This document shows positions 11,238 to 22,838 of a DNA stretch of 64,000 bases, piece after piece. The position numbers and the translations under genes are program-made. Each line of letters starts with the position of its first letter. Position 1 is the stretch's first letter. The stretch covers positions 832,001 to 896,000 of the forward strand of contig CAWFGE010000013.1 of NCBI GenBank assembly GCA_963815195.1, written 5' to 3'. Source of the stretch: an uncultured Planctomycetaceae bacterium. Lineage in GTDB: Bacteria; Planctomycetota; Planctomycetia; Planctomycetales; Planctomycetaceae. The notes below the pieces were generated by a model. The model was not told where the DNA came from. It made no database searches and worked only from the letters and a program-made list of their open reading frames with translations.

Positions 11238-13532
11238 ATGTGCATCTCGCTCGTTTCGCTGTTTTGTTCCGTCCGTCATCGCCGGCTGGTTTTGTCCTGC
11301 GCCGTTTTGGGATCCTCTCTGTGGGCCGGCTCGCCTTTCGGAGCGGGCCAGATTGCAGAGGCCCAGCCCAAGGCGGAACAGGAGCAGCCGCTGGTGGGGA
11401 TCCGCGGGATCCTCAGCGAGGAAATTCCCACGGAGTTGGACACCGAATTTCTGCCCGACAATCTCCCGGAGACGTGGAAGACATGGGCGGAGGGCCTGGA
11501 TCAGGAAATGCAGACGTTCCACTTCGATAACCTGGGCATCAAAGGCCAGCGGGAGATTATCGCCAAGCTTCGCAAGCGCGTGGCCACGATGGAGCGGGCG
11601 ATCGCCGATCCGCGTTACGCCCCCATCCGCGATACGCTGGTCTCGCTGGCCGGCCCCTTAATGCGCAGGCTGGACCTGGCGGACGCCGTGTTGGATGCGC
11701 TTGAGGGCGAAGTCAAACCCGTCTCGGCGGCGACCCGGCAAGAGACGCTTGAGCGTTTGCGCGAAGCGACCCGCGCCTTGGACGCCGCACTTTCCCAAAG
11801 GCCGGGCGGCGAAGGGTGGAGCGCGTATTTTCAAATCCCGCAGTTAATTGAGAAGCTGGCGTCGGCGGATCCCTTCACGCAGCAACTCCAAAAGCAACTG
11901 GCGACCATCACGGGGCAATACGCCGAGAACCTGACCGCCGACCAGCACCGGGCCTTAAGAAGCGACCTGTTTTGGAGCTTCCGCCGGGCCGTGGTGCAGA
12001 TGCAAACGCTTTTGGAATGGGGCCAGAAACCCGTGACGAAAGACACGCTGCGGGACGTGCTCGCCGAGTTGGTGGGGGCATTGGAAGCCTCGGAAGCGAA
12101 TAATCTGCTGGAAGATGAAATGCACATGGAATTGGCGGCGGCGAAATTGCGGCTGGTCCCGGCCGACACCGCGGCGATGTTCAAGTTTCTGAACGCCCAT
12201 TATTATGCCGACAACCTCCGCGCGCAGGCTTCCGAAGGGTTGATGCAAGAAGCTGTTTACGATCGGCGTACGGACGAGAACCAGATCAACGAAACGATCA
12301 TGGGAGCCCAGGTTTACGGAAACAGCGTGACCAATACCGAGACGATGTTGGACCTGTTGCCCAGCACCGAGGATGCCCTGATGGCGATTCGCGTGGCGGG
12401 GGACATCGATGCGAACACCGTCGGCATGAAGGCCTGCATCAAGGTTTATAACCTCGGCGACAGCCAGTTTTGGGCGGTGAAGGCGGCGCGGTTCAACGGG
12501 TTCCGCTTTCATCCCTACCCGGCCGAAATCGCCGTCCGCGCGAACAGCATGCCTTATCACGCAAAGACCACGATCAGTTGTCTGCCGCTATTGGGATCCT
12601 GCCTGGATAAGGTCATTTTGAACGCGGCGGAGGCCCAAAAACCAGACGCGGAGGCATTGGCCCGGCAACGGATCGCCGACGGCGTGATTCCGGAATTGAA
12701 TCGGGAAATCAACAACTCGCTCGCCGATGCCAATACCAAGCTGTCGGACGGTTTCTACAAACGGTTGGCGAACAACGATCTGTACCCGGCCAGCATGCAC
12801 ATCTCCTCGACCGACACCGAACTCTTCGCCCGCAGTAAGATTCGCCTGATGTCGGAGCTGGGCGGCGGCGCGGCGCCGGTGGTATTAAACGAGTCCGCGG
12901 GGGCGACGTTTCACGCCCACGAAAGCGTGCTCAACAACATGGTCCACCGCTTGAACCTCGCGGGCCGGACGATGACGGAGGACCAGGTCCGCGAGGAGAT
13001 CGGGCGGTTCTTGACGGATCTCACGGGGCAGGTTGTCGATCTGACCGCGAAGCCGGAACCCGGGAAGGAAATCGTTCCCAAGGAGACTCCCGACAAATTC
13101 GTGTTCGACAAAACGACCCCGTTCCGGTTCCAGATTCGCAACAACCAGGTGCGGATGACGGTGCGAACGGGCTTGATTCGCGGCAACGGGGACGAGATTC
13201 CGCCGCACGATGTGACGGTCCCCTTGGAATACGAAGTCACGCCCGAAGAGATCCTCATCAAAAAGGGCACGCTCACGGTCAGCCGGTCCGACGGCGAGGC
13301 GGGCAACTTCTTTGAAAACGGCGTGATGCGGAAGCAAATCGGCGATTCCATTCCCGAAGGCCACCGCAGCCGGGTTCTGACCTTCAAACTCCAAGAAGGC
13401 AAAGAGATGAACCTCCGCGTGGAGAAGATCAAAGCCTTGGACGGCTGGCTGGACGTGTGGGCGCTTTCCACGAAGATGGTTGCTCCCGAACCGGAACCGA
13501 CCGACTCGAATACTCAACCGCAATCCGAATGA
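11238..13532 (+). CDS. Large secreted hypothetical protein (helical N-half, beta-rich C-half)
   Basis: 764-aa ORF with a signal peptide and host-like codon usage; no motif recognised with certainty. Confidence 0.8.
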   Translation: MCISLVSLFCSVRHRRLVLSCAVLGSSLWAGSPFGAGQIAEAQPKAEQEQPLVGIRGILSEEIPTELDTEFLPDNLPETWKTWAEGLDQEMQTFHFDNLGIKGQREIIAKLRKRVATMERAIADPRYAPIRDTLVSLAGPLMRRLDLADAVLDALEGEVKPVSAATRQETLERLREATRALDAALSQRPGGEGWSAYFQIPQLIEKLASADPFTQQLQKQLATITGQYAENLTADQHRALRSDLFWSFRRAVVQMQTLLEWGQKPVTKDTLRDVLAELVGALEASEANNLLEDEMHMELAAAKLRLVPADTAAMFKFLNAHYYADNLRAQASEGLMQEAVYDRRTDENQINETIMGAQVYGNSVTNTETMLDLLPSTEDALMAIRVAGDIDANTVGMKACIKVYNLGDSQFWAVKAARFNGFRFHPYPAEIAVRANSMPYHAKTTISCLPLLGSCLDKVILNAAEAQKPDAEALARQRIADGVIPELNREINNSLADANTKLSDGFYKRLANNDLYPASMHISSTDTELFARSKIRLMSELGGGAAPVVLNESAGATFHAHESVLNNMVHRLNLAGRTMTEDQVREEIGRFLTDLTGQVVDLTAKPEPGKEIVPKETPDKFVFDKTTPFRFQIRNNQVRMTVRTGLIRGNGDEIPPHDVTVPLEYEVTPEEILIKKGTLTVSRSDGEAGNFFENGVMRKQIGDSIPEGHRSRVLTFKLQEGKEMNLRVEKIKALDGWLDVWALSTKMVAPEPEPTDSNTQPQSE

Positions 13533-13580
13533 GGATGGAGGATGGCCTAGAACTAAGGCTATCCTCGATCTTCCATCCTC
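13531..13580. repeat. Second copy of the heptameric (GGATGGA-type) inverted repeat
   Basis: gaggatggaggatgg ... ctatcctcgatcttccatcctc; the right arm is nearly identical to the right arm at 2471-2492. Confidence 0.7.
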
Positions 13581-13716
13581 TACCCTCATGCGATAGTTCA
13601 ATCGCGTCTCCTGAAGAGTTGGGGTCGAATCCAATCCACTTGCCGAACGGGCAACCGGCCGCTAGCATCGAATGTTCGTTTTCTGTGAAGCGATGCGATG
13701 TACTGCGGAGTGGTTG

Positions 13717-14598
13717 ATGCGGAACGATCCCGAGGTCCAGGAAGCGGCGGCGGCGTTTCAGTTGGGGTTGCCCCGCCTGCCGGTGTCGGGGCGGTCGGGC
13801 GAACTGCTCGGACGCGGGTCCGGGAGTTCGCTGGAGTTTCAGGAATACCGCGAATACCTCCCCGGCGATGACATCCGCCATCTCGATTGGGCGGCCTACG
13901 CGCGGACCGATTCGCTCATGGTCCGGTTGTACCGGGAAGAGATCAGCCCGCGGGTGGAGATTTTTCTGGACGCCAGCCGCTCCATGAATACCCGCACGCC
14001 GTTGGCCCTCGATCCGCCGCCCGCGCCGAAGCCGATCGTGGCGAAACAACTGACGGCCCTGTTCGCGCAACTGGCCGCGCGGCTGGGCGGCCGGCCGGCG
14101 ATTTTTCCGGTGGATGACGACCGCCCGATCAAAACCTGGGGGCTTCGCGAATTGGACGCTCTCGGGGAATTCCCCTTGGGTGCGACCCGCACGCTCGCCG
14201 ACTTCGCCGCGGACCATCAAATCCCGCGTGGCAAGCGGGCCGTCCGGGTCGTGATCAGCGATTTCCTGTTTCCGCACGATCCCGAGCCGCTCATCAGGCA
14301 ACTCGGCACCGATGTGAGCGCGCTGTGGGTGTTTCAGATCTTAAACCGTTGGGAAGCCGACCCCACGCCGTTGGGAGGCCGGCGGTTGATCGACCTGGAG
14401 ACCGAATTGGAATCCGACCTCGTGCTGGAGCAAAAAGTGATCGCGGAGTATAAAACCCGCTTGACCCGATTGCAGGAAGCCTTGGGCCGCAGTTGCCGCC
14501 GGCAGCATGCCGTGTTTGCGACGTTGGTCGCCGACCCCGGTCTGATGGCGATTTGCGCGGAATCCCTGTGCCGAACCGGGGTCCTCCGTCCCGCGTGA
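13717..14598 (+). CDS. DUF58 domain protein (MoxR/VWA-associated)
   Basis: GSSLEFQEYREYLPGDDIRHLDWAAYAR, LDASRSM and VVISDF. Confidence 0.9.
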   Translation: MRNDPEVQEAAAAFQLGLPRLPVSGRSGELLGRGSGSSLEFQEYREYLPGDDIRHLDWAAYARTDSLMVRLYREEISPRVEIFLDASRSMNTRTPLALDPPPAPKPIVAKQLTALFAQLAARLGGRPAIFPVDDDRPIKTWGLRELDALGEFPLGATRTLADFAADHQIPRGKRAVRVVISDFLFPHDPEPLIRQLGTDVSALWVFQILNRWEADPTPLGGRRLIDLETELESDLVLEQKVIAEYKTRLTRLQEALGRSCRRQHAVFATLVADPGLMAICAESLCRTGVLRPA

Positions 14599-14813
14599 CA
14601 TCGTAACGTCAACCGTGCGGATTCACGACGCAAAGGCCGGGAAGGCACTTCACACCTTGGGGGCGCGTTCGCGAGTAATGTCATCTTCGCAGGTGTAACG
14701 GGATGCCGACATTTTTGCCGCGTTATGTTGTTTTAAAGCGATCAGTCCATCACCTGGAGGCTGCGAAGTTGCAGCCTTAATCGCCAGGGGGGCAAGACGT
14801 TCTTTTCCGCTGG

Positions 14814-15893
14814 CTACAGTTTCACGCTGCCGATGGCGGGCGGGGTTTGGCATTCGAGGCCGAGCATCAGGGAATTGAGGCCGCTGCCGATGCCCAACAG
14901 GGCGATGTTTTCGCCGGGAAGAACGTGGTCCCCTTCGATGCCCAGGGCCATGGCCATCGGGAGGGCGGCGGCTCCGGTATTTCCCAGAAACTCCACCGTG
15001 GGGAAGTCGGCTTCCATGGGCAGGCCGAGGCGATCCAAGAGCAGCTTGCGATGGGCCCGGCCGACCTGGTGGGTGAAGATTTTCCGCGCGTCCGCGTTCG
15101 TCCAGCCCAACGTCCGGCACGTTTCCCGCCAGGTGACTTCGGCGAGATCGACGCCCGCGTGCAGCAGGGCCTCCGAATCGGTTTGCATGCGGGGCCGGCC
15201 GTCGCCGTGGCGTTCCGATTCCACGCCGCCCGCGCAGAGCGTGTGGCTTTGGGTGTCGGTGCGGTAACAGCCGCCCAAGAGGCGGTTTCCGGTGCGGCTG
15301 ATTTCCGCATGACAGAGCACGACCGCCGCGGACCCGGAACCGATGGTGAGCGAAGCAAATTCCAGCTTGACGTCTTTCCGCGTGAGGTCCGGCGAGCGCA
15401 ACAGCGTGTCGATCGTGCCTTCGACCAGCCCGCGTCCGATTTCCGTGCCGACGACGACGCCCGCGCGAATCTGGCCGAGGTCGATCATGTTCGCGACGAG
15501 CAGCATCCCATTGAGCAAACCCAGGCAGGCGTTGCTGACATCGAGCACGAGGCAATCGCCGGGCAATCCCGCGGTGAGATGGACGGCGTTGGCGGTGGCG
15601 GGTTCCATTTGATCCCGGCAGACCGAACCGTGGACGAGGGCCCCGAAATGTTTGGGGTCGATCTTGGAGGCGTTGATGGCCGCCCGGGCCGCGTGCCCGC
15701 TGACGAAGCCGGGTTTCGTGCCCGGATCAAAAAACCGGCGTTCGCGGATGCCGGTCATCAGTTCCAGGCGGCCCGCCGGCAAATGCAGGCGGTCGTAAAC
15801 GGGGGCCAGCCGGGTTTCGATCTCGTCCGACGTGACGATGTGGGGCGGCAGAACGTAGCTCAGGGCCTCCACACAGACCGACCGATACCGCAT
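14814..15893 (-). CDS. oleA: OleA-type 3-oxoacyl-ACP synthase III / thiolase (olefin biosynthesis condensing enzyme)
   Basis: N-terminus VTSDEIETRLAPVYDRL..GRLELMTGIRERR, EPATA (Glu), DVSNACLG (Cys), HQVG (His), GNTG (Asn) and LGIGSGLN. Confidence 0.8.
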   Translation of the reverse strand: MRYRSVCVEALSYVLPPHIVTSDEIETRLAPVYDRLHLPAGRLELMTGIRERRFFDPGTKPGFVSGHAARAAINASKIDPKHFGALVHGSVCRDQMEPATANAVHLTAGLPGDCLVLDVSNACLGLLNGMLLVANMIDLGQIRAGVVVGTEIGRGLVEGTIDTLLRSPDLTRKDVKLEFASLTIGSGSAAVVLCHAEISRTGNRLLGGCYRTDTQSHTLCAGGVESERHGDGRPRMQTDSEALLHAGVDLAEVTWRETCRTLGWTNADARKIFTHQVGRAHRKLLLDRLGLPMEADFPTVEFLGNTGAAALPMAMALGIEGDHVLPGENIALLGIGSGLNSLMLGLECQTPPAIGSVKL

Positions 15894-15948
15894 GGCTTCG
15901 GATTCCTACGTTAGATCAACGGTCGCGCGCGATGCTGCCCTCGTGAAA

Positions 15949-16158
15949 TTACACCGACGCGGCGGCTTTGGCGGGACGGTTGCCGCCGAGCTGCTCGGCC
16001 AGCTCTTCGATCACGCGGACCTGCTGTTCGCGGTCTTTGGCGTTTTCCTCACACGGAAAGCGGCATTCGAGAAGAGTGGAATTGCGGAGATACGAAAGTC
16101 CATCGAGCAGAATCGTGCGTTGCTCGGGGGTCAGGTCGATGTGAATCGTGTTGCTCAT
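15949..16158 (-). CDS. Small hypothetical protein (about 69 aa)
   Basis: Helical-looking ORF MSNTIHIDLTPEQRTILLDGL..., co-oriented between floA and oleA. Confidence 0.6.
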   Translation of the reverse strand: MSNTIHIDLTPEQRTILLDGLSYLRNSTLLECRFPCEENAKDREQQVRVIEELAEQLGGNRPAKAAASV

Positions 16159-16403
16159 GGGGATCAACTGCCTTATGGGGAGGGACATCTTAGCTTAGGC
16201 TTCTGATTTTTCTCGGAAAAACCGTATATGAGAGACTTTTCGGCCGTTTTGTCAATGGTGAATCCTAAATTACGCCGGTCCACTCGACAACCAGGATGGG
16301 CGGAGAGCCGGGAATTTCGCCGGTTTTTGGGGGAGAGGCGCCCGGTTGGCGAAAATATGACGGCTGCCCGCGGGTTTCTTCCCCGGCCGACATTTGAGGA
16401 GTT

Positions 16404-17417
16404 TCAGGAATCACCCGCGGATCCGTTGGAATCCGGCGAACCGTTGCCCGCGGCTGCGTTGTGAAACTCGTCTTCGTCGGGGGCCCGGAGAGAGCCGGAG
16501 CGAAAGGCATCGGCCATCGCTTGCGGAATCGCGGCCTCGGCCAGGACCACCTTGGCCCGGTTTTCCTGGGTCAATGCCTGCATTTCCTGCTCGCGGGCCA
16601 CGGCGGCGGCGCGGCGTTCCTCGGCCTTGGCCCGCGCGATCCGCACGTCGGCTTCCGCCTGGTCGGCCTGCAATCGTGCCCCCACGTTGTCGCCCACGTC
16701 GATGTCGGCGATGTCGATCGAGACGATCTCGTATGCCGTTTGCGAATCGAGTCCCTTTTCCAGCACCCGGCGGGCGATCATCATCGGATTGGCGAGCACC
16801 TCCTTATGAGTTTCGCAGGAACCGATCGCCGAGACAATCCCCTCGCCGACGCGGGCGATCACGGTCTCTTCCGTCGCCCCGCCCACGAGTTGGGCCAGGT
16901 TCGTGCGGACGGTCACGCGGGCCTTGGCCTTGAGCTGGATCCCGTCTTTGGCCACGCCGTCCAATGTGCTGCGGCCGTAGCGGCGGGGGTCGGGGCAATC
17001 GATGACTTTGGGATCGACGCTCGTTTGCACGGCTTCAAACACGTTCCGCCCCGCGAGATCGATCGCCGCCCCGGTTTCCCAGTCCAAGGCGATGTCCGCC
17101 CGGTGCGCGGCGATCAGGGCCCGCACCAGCCGCTGCACGTTGCCCCCCGCGAGGTAATGGGCTTCCATTTCGCGGGTGGTGATGACATCCAAGCCCGCCT
17201 GGACCGCCATGATCTTGGCGTCCACGATGACCTGCGGATTGACCTTCCGCAGGGACATCACCACCAGATTCAAGGGGCCAATGCTCGCACGGGAGGTGAA
17301 GGCCCGGATATAAAGGCCGATGTACTTGCTGAAGATCACCAGAAAAACCAGGAACAACAGCCCGGCGATCACCAAACCGAAAAGGCCGACTGTTGCCCAG
17401 AAGTTGCCGCCTGGCAT
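16404..17417 (-). CDS. floA: Flotillin-like protein FloA (UPF0365/YqfA)
   Basis: [54 protein letters not shown] and [10 protein letters not shown]. Confidence 0.93.
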   Translation of the reverse strand: MPGGNFWATVGLFGLVIAGLLFLVFLVIFSKYIGLYIRAFTSRASIGPLNLVVMSLRKVNPQVIVDAKIMAVQAGLDVITTREMEAHYLAGGNVQRLVRALIAAHRADIALDWETGAAIDLAGRNVFEAVQTSVDPKVIDCPDPRRYGRSTLDGVAKDGIQLKAKARVTVRTNLAQLVGGATEETVIARVGEGIVSAIGSCETHKEVLANPMMIARRVLEKGLDSQTAYEIVSIDIADIDVGDNVGARLQADQAEADVRIARAKAEERRAAAVAREQEMQALTQENRAKVVLAEAAIPQAMADAFRSGSLRAPDEDEFHNAAAGNGSPDSNGSAGDS

Positions 17418-17672
17418 GGCTGTGCTTGCTCCCATAAGGCGATATGAAGATCCCAACCGGAGACCGGCGTATGGGAATTTCTCCGTATTGTAATGGGGAA
17501 ATCTCAGCGTGTCCAACTGCCGGAATCGCGAAAACGGAAACCAGCGCGAGTCCTCTTTCAATCTGCGGGGAAATTATGGCAGAATGATGCTTGATGATGC
17601 GGCCCGGTCTATTCAGGTTCGCCGCACGCAATCCGCCCAAATCTTCCCCACGCCAATCGAGGAACTCGGTCG

Positions 17673-18848
17673 ATGAATGCTTCAACGTCCCCAGCCTCCC
17701 GCGCGGTGATCGTCGGCGGCGGGATTGCCGGGCTGTCCATCGCCGCGCGTTTGGGACAGGCGGGATGGGCCGTCACCTTGTTGGAGGCCTCTCAACTGGG
17801 GTTCGGCGCGTCCACGCGGAACCAAGGTTGGCTCTACAGCGGAGCCTGGTTTGCCTTGGCGAATCCTTCCCTGGCCCGGCAGTGTTATCGATCGCTCAAA
17901 CAAACGCTGTTTTTCTGCCCCGAATGCAGGGAGCCCGATCAGAGCGGAATGCTGTATCTCCTGGCGGAAGACGCCGGCCCATCGGAACGCTGGATGAACG
18001 CCTGGACCGAAGCCGGCATCCCGTTCGAACCGCTGGAAGCCCGGGATGTTCTCAAGGCCCTGCCCCATTGGATCCCGCAAAAAATCCAAGCGGCCTGGCG
18101 GCTTCCCGACCGCGCGATTCGCACCGACCAATTGCTCCGCCGGTTGGCGAACACCGCCGCGGAACGGGGCGTGGAAATCCGCACGGGATCCCCCGTGGCC
18201 GGCCTTCTGAACACAAATGGCCGCGTCCAAGGCGTCATCACCGCGGCCGGCGAAGAGGTCACCGGCCGCCTCGTGATTTTGGCGACCGGCGGAGAAGCGG
18301 CTTTGCAATCCGAAGCCGCGAGCGGCGAAACCAGCGAAGATTCCGAATACAAACTGGCGTACCTGAAGACCCATTTGATGGCGGTCGAGCCGGGACTTTG
18401 TCCGCAACCGTTTTGCGTGCTGGATCATCAGGGGTTCAACCACGTGCCGCATGCATCCGCTTCGATCTTCGGATCGAACCATTGGACCATCACGAACCGC
18501 TCGCAGGATGTTTCCGTCGAACCGAAAGAAATCGAGCGGATCACCGGCCAACTCCGGCGACTGCTGCCCACGTGGGACTTTTCCAAAGCGGAAACGGTGG
18601 AATGGGCGGGGACGACCGTGCAAGCGATGCACCGGGACCAAATCGAACCCGGCCGCGCCACGCTGCCCACGGTGATCGACCACGAAACGGAACCGGGCGG
18701 CTTCAAGAACGTGCTCAGTGTGTTTCCCGGCCGGGCGAGTTTATGGCCGCAACTGGCGGAGATGGCCATGCAGGTGATTGAAACCAAACGAGCCGCCGCC
18801 GTCCCGGACATCGCCCGTCCGCCTTGGCTGGGGGGAGAGACCGCATGA
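17673..18848 (+). CDS. FAD-dependent oxidoreductase (DAO/glycine oxidase-like)
   Basis: VIVGGGIAG Rossmann motif, GASTRNQG and VILATG. Confidence 0.85.
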   Translation: MNASTSPASRAVIVGGGIAGLSIAARLGQAGWAVTLLEASQLGFGASTRNQGWLYSGAWFALANPSLARQCYRSLKQTLFFCPECREPDQSGMLYLLAEDAGPSERWMNAWTEAGIPFEPLEARDVLKALPHWIPQKIQAAWRLPDRAIRTDQLLRRLANTAAERGVEIRTGSPVAGLLNTNGRVQGVITAAGEEVTGRLVILATGGEAALQSEAASGETSEDSEYKLAYLKTHLMAVEPGLCPQPFCVLDHQGFNHVPHASASIFGSNHWTITNRSQDVSVEPKEIERITGQLRRLLPTWDFSKAETVEWAGTTVQAMHRDQIEPGRATLPTVIDHETEPGGFKNVLSVFPGRASLWPQLAEMAMQVIETKRAAAVPDIARPPWLGGETA

Positions 18849-19785
18849 ATTCAGAGGAGATCGCGCGGCTCCGCGAAGAGCAATATAACGCGAAGGTGCT
18901 CTCGGTCCGGCCGATTCACGACGACCTGATGATCGTCCGCGTCGTTCCCGACCAGGGGCCGCTGAGTTTTCAGGCGGGGCAATACACGCTGCTTGGGCTG
19001 GGCGCGTGGGAGCCGCGCGTGGATGGGGTCACAAACGACGATGTCTCTCCCGAGGCCCGGGCGAAACTCGTTCGGCGGGCGTACTCGATCTCTTGCCCGA
19101 TGCTCGACGACCGGCACAAGCTCGTCACCGTCGGCGAGTTGCCTTATCTCGAATTTTACATCGCGCTCGTCCTCCGGCCTTCGGATGATCCGCCGATGCT
19201 CACGCCGCGGCTGTTCGGATTGAAAGACGGGGACCGGCTGTTTCTGGGGCCGCGCCGCACGGCCGGTATGTGCTGGATGCGGTCCGCCCGGAGGAGACGG
19301 TGCTCTACTTCGGCACAGGCACCGGCGAAGCCCCGCACAACGCGCACATCGCGGAACTCCTCCGCCACGGCCATCGCGGCTTGATCGTCTGCGCCACGAG
19401 CGTGCGGTATCGGCGGGATCTCGCCTACTTGCAAACCCACCGCCGATTGGAAGAACGATTTCCGAACTACCGCTACTTCGCCCTGACGACGCGCGAACCC
19501 GAAAACCTGGACAAATCGCGGCCGGACTTCGTGGGCAAGATGCACCTTCAAGACATTGTGTTCCGGGATGACTATCGCCAACTGATCGCGGACCGCTTCG
19601 ACCCGCACGCGGCCCATGCGTTTGTGTGCGGAAATCCCGCCATGCTCGGCTTGCCCGAGCGCACCGCCGATGGTGGCTTGAGCTTCCCCAAACCGCCGGG
19701 CATGGTGGAAACGCTCCAGGATCTCGGCCTGCGACTCGACGAACCCCACCGCCCCGGCACGATCCACTTCGAGAAGTATTGGTAA
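18845..19785 (+). CDS. Ferredoxin/flavodoxin-NADP+ reductase; apparent frameshift near 19255
   Basis: FQAGQY, RRAYSI, GTGTGEAP, FVCGNPAM and C-terminal HFEKYW; ATGA overlap with the upstream gene. Confidence 0.85.
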
Positions 19786-19901
19786 GCCGGGCATCGGCCG
19801 AAGGATGACGGGACGCATCAAAATCGATTATAATGAACTTGGCAAAGGGGGCTTTATATCCCACCGCTTGTTCCGATCCGTTCATTCTCCCGCGATTGCT
19901 T

Positions 19902-22766
19902 ATGACTTTCCGTCGCCTGGTTCGATCGTTGATGGTTTGCCGTTGGTTGGGGACTTGCATCGCCAGGCTTCGCCGAAGACAAGCCGCTCGTTTTCGAAAC
20001 AGACATTCAGCCGCTGCTCTCAACCAAATGCGGCCAATGCCACGCGGCCAAGGTGCGGAAGGGCGGGTTGGATTTGTCGTCGATCACGGGGCTGCGGCGG
20101 GGCGGGGAGTCGGGAGAATCCGCGCTCGCGGACACCGTCGATGACAGCATGCTGTGGATCATGGTCAACGGCGGCGGGATGCCTCCCAAAGAGCAGCCGC
20201 AACTCACCGAAAAAGAACTCGCCCGCATCCGGCAATGGATCGCAGGCGGCGCGAAATCGAAACAACCCGCGGAAGTCGCAGACGAGCCAATCACGCAGCA
20301 CGATGTCTTGCCAATCGTGCTGCTCCGGTGCACGACCTGCCATGGCCCGCGGCGAAAAGACGGCGGCCTCGATCTTCGCACGCCGGCCCTAATGCGGAAG
20401 GGCGGAAAACACGGCCCTGCGATTGTGCCGGGCGATCCCGACGCGAGCCCGATGATCCAGCGGATCGAAAGCGAAGCCTGCCCGCCGCGGAGATTTATTG
20501 CTCAAGTTTTTCGTGAAGCGGCCGGCGGTTGCGGAAGTCAAAACGCTTCGCAAATGGATCGCCGCGGGCGCGCCGGTGATAGAAGTTGTTCCCGATGTCG
20601 CCACCACCGAACCCGATCCGCTCGTCACCGACGAAGACCGAAAGCACTGGGCCTTCCAACCACCTCAGGCAAATGCTGACGCCGATACCATCGATGAGTT
20701 CGTCCTGAAAAAACTGAAAGCGAAGGGGCTGACGTTCTCGCCCGAAGCAGATCGCGACACGCTCATCCGCCGAGCTTATCTGGATCTCGTCGGCATGCCT
20801 CCCACGCTCGAAGAGTGGCAAAAATGGCATGAAAGCCAGGATCCCGATTGGTATGCCGAGATGGTCGATGAGCTTCTCGCCTCGCCGCATTATGGGGAAC
20901 GCTGGGGCCGATATTGGCTCGATGTGGCGGGTTATGCGGACTCCGAAGGCGGCGTGTCGGCCGACCCGGTGCGCGAAGTCGCCTGGAAGTACCGCGACTA
21001 TGTAATCCGGGCCTTCAACAGCGACAAGCCTTACGACCGGTTTCTGCTGGAGCAACTCGCGGGCGATGAGCTCGCCGATTACGAACACGCCCCGGTCGTC
21101 ACGGAGCAGATGGTGGACAACCTGATCGCCACCGGGTTTCTGCGGATGGGGATTGATGAGACGGGTTCGCGGACGATGAACTTTGTCCCGGAACGGCTCG
21201 GCGTGATTGGCGATGCGATCAAGGTCGTGGGTTCCGGCGTGATGGGGCTGACGATGGAATGCTGCCGCTGCCATTCGCACAAATACGATCCCATCCCGCA
21301 CCGCGACTACTACCGCTTCAAAGCGATCTTTCAAGGGGCCTTTGACGAGCACGATTGGCTGACCTTTAAGAACCGTTCGCTGGACATCGCCACGCTGGAG
21401 CAGCGGGAACGCGTCGCCGAGAAAAATCCCCCGCTCAAAGCCAAGCTCAAGAAATTGGAATCCCAGCGGAAGAACGCGGTCACCGAGTGGCAGTTGGAAC
21501 TGCTCAGGCAGCATTACCCTGATCAAAGTGAAGAGGACCGCCAGGAAACGCTGCGGGCGCTCAAAATCGCGGACAACAACCGCACGCTGCCGCAGCGGAT
21601 TCTCGTAGAAAAACTGCAGAAAGCGGAACTCGTCCCAGACAATCAGCAGCCGCCTTCGGTGCGCGAGGCTTGGCAGAACCTTGAAGAGATCGAACAGAAC
21701 ATTCTCAAAGTCCGCCGGGAGATGGAGCCGCCGTTGGAAATTCGCGCGCCTCTGGGACCGGGGCGAACCGTCGCCGACGTATATTCTCAGGCGAGGCGAG
21801 CACGATCAACCCGGCCACTTGGTGGGCCCCGGCGTGCCTTCGATGCTCACCGACGGGCGGACGCCGTTCGCGGCCGAACCCCCGTTCCCCGGAAAGACGG
21901 GCCGGCGGTTGGCGTTTGCCCGCTGGCTCACGCGGCCCGAGCATCCGCTCACGGCCCGCGTGATGGTCAACCGCATCTGGTATCACCACTTCGGCGCGGG
22001 CTTGGTCCTGTCGCTCGAAAACTTTGGCGTCAAAGGCGATCGGCCGTCGCATCCCGAACTCCTCGATTGGTTGGCGGCCCAATTCGTCAAGCGGGGTTGG
22101 AGCATCAAGGAGATGCACCGGTTGATGATGAATTCCCGCACCTATCGGCAGTCCAGCCGGATCACCGAAGACCGCTGGAAGCGCGATCCGCAAAATCGGC
22201 TCCTCTCGCGGATGCCGCTTTTGCGAATGAATGCCGAGGCTTTGCGGGATTCGTTGTTGTTCGTGTCGGGCAAGCTTGACGAAACGCCCGGCGGCCCTCC
22301 GGACTTTGTGACCGTGGACCGCAATGGACTCGTCAGCGCCAATCCCACGGAGACGGGCGGCTGGCGGCGGAGCATTTATATCCAATACCGCCGGACCGAA
22401 ATCCCCACGATGATGGAGACTTTCGATTATCCCGAGATGTCCCCCAACTGCGTGGCCCGCAGCATTTCGACCGTCTCGCCGCAATCGCTGATGCTGATGA
22501 ACAACGACCGCATCCGCGAACTCGCTTCCGCGTTTGCCCGGCGGGTGGAAGGATTGCTCCCCGATGAAAACAAACACGACCCGGCGGCCAAGGTCGATCT
22601 GATTTACCGTGTCGCGCTCAGCCGATCTCCCGGCGAGAAGGAACGAAAGCTGGGCACCCTAACCTTGAAGGAATTGGAATCCGCCTGGAACGGCCAAAAG
22701 GCAACCGCTCTCGAAACCTATTGCCATACCCTCCTGAACTCGGCCGCCTTCTTGTATGTCGATTGA
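19902..22766 (+). CDS. Planctomycete cytochrome c / PSD1 (DUF1549-DUF1553) protein; apparent frameshifts near 19935, 20490 and 21749
   Basis: CGQCH, CTTCH and CCRCH heme motifs; HWAFQP, LLASPHYGERWGRYWLD, HPLTARVMVNRIW and PSHPELLDWLA. Confidence 0.88.
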
Positions 22767-22838
22767 TGAAACCCATTCGCGGGAACGCACTTAATAGACG
22801 CGTCAATTATTTATCGAGCGAGTCCAAAGCGACAGACC

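Noticed and set aside
14599..14813. gggaaggc plus hairpins as a possible cobalamin riboswitch
   Set aside because: The other conserved B12-element motifs are missing, and it lies between convergent gene ends.
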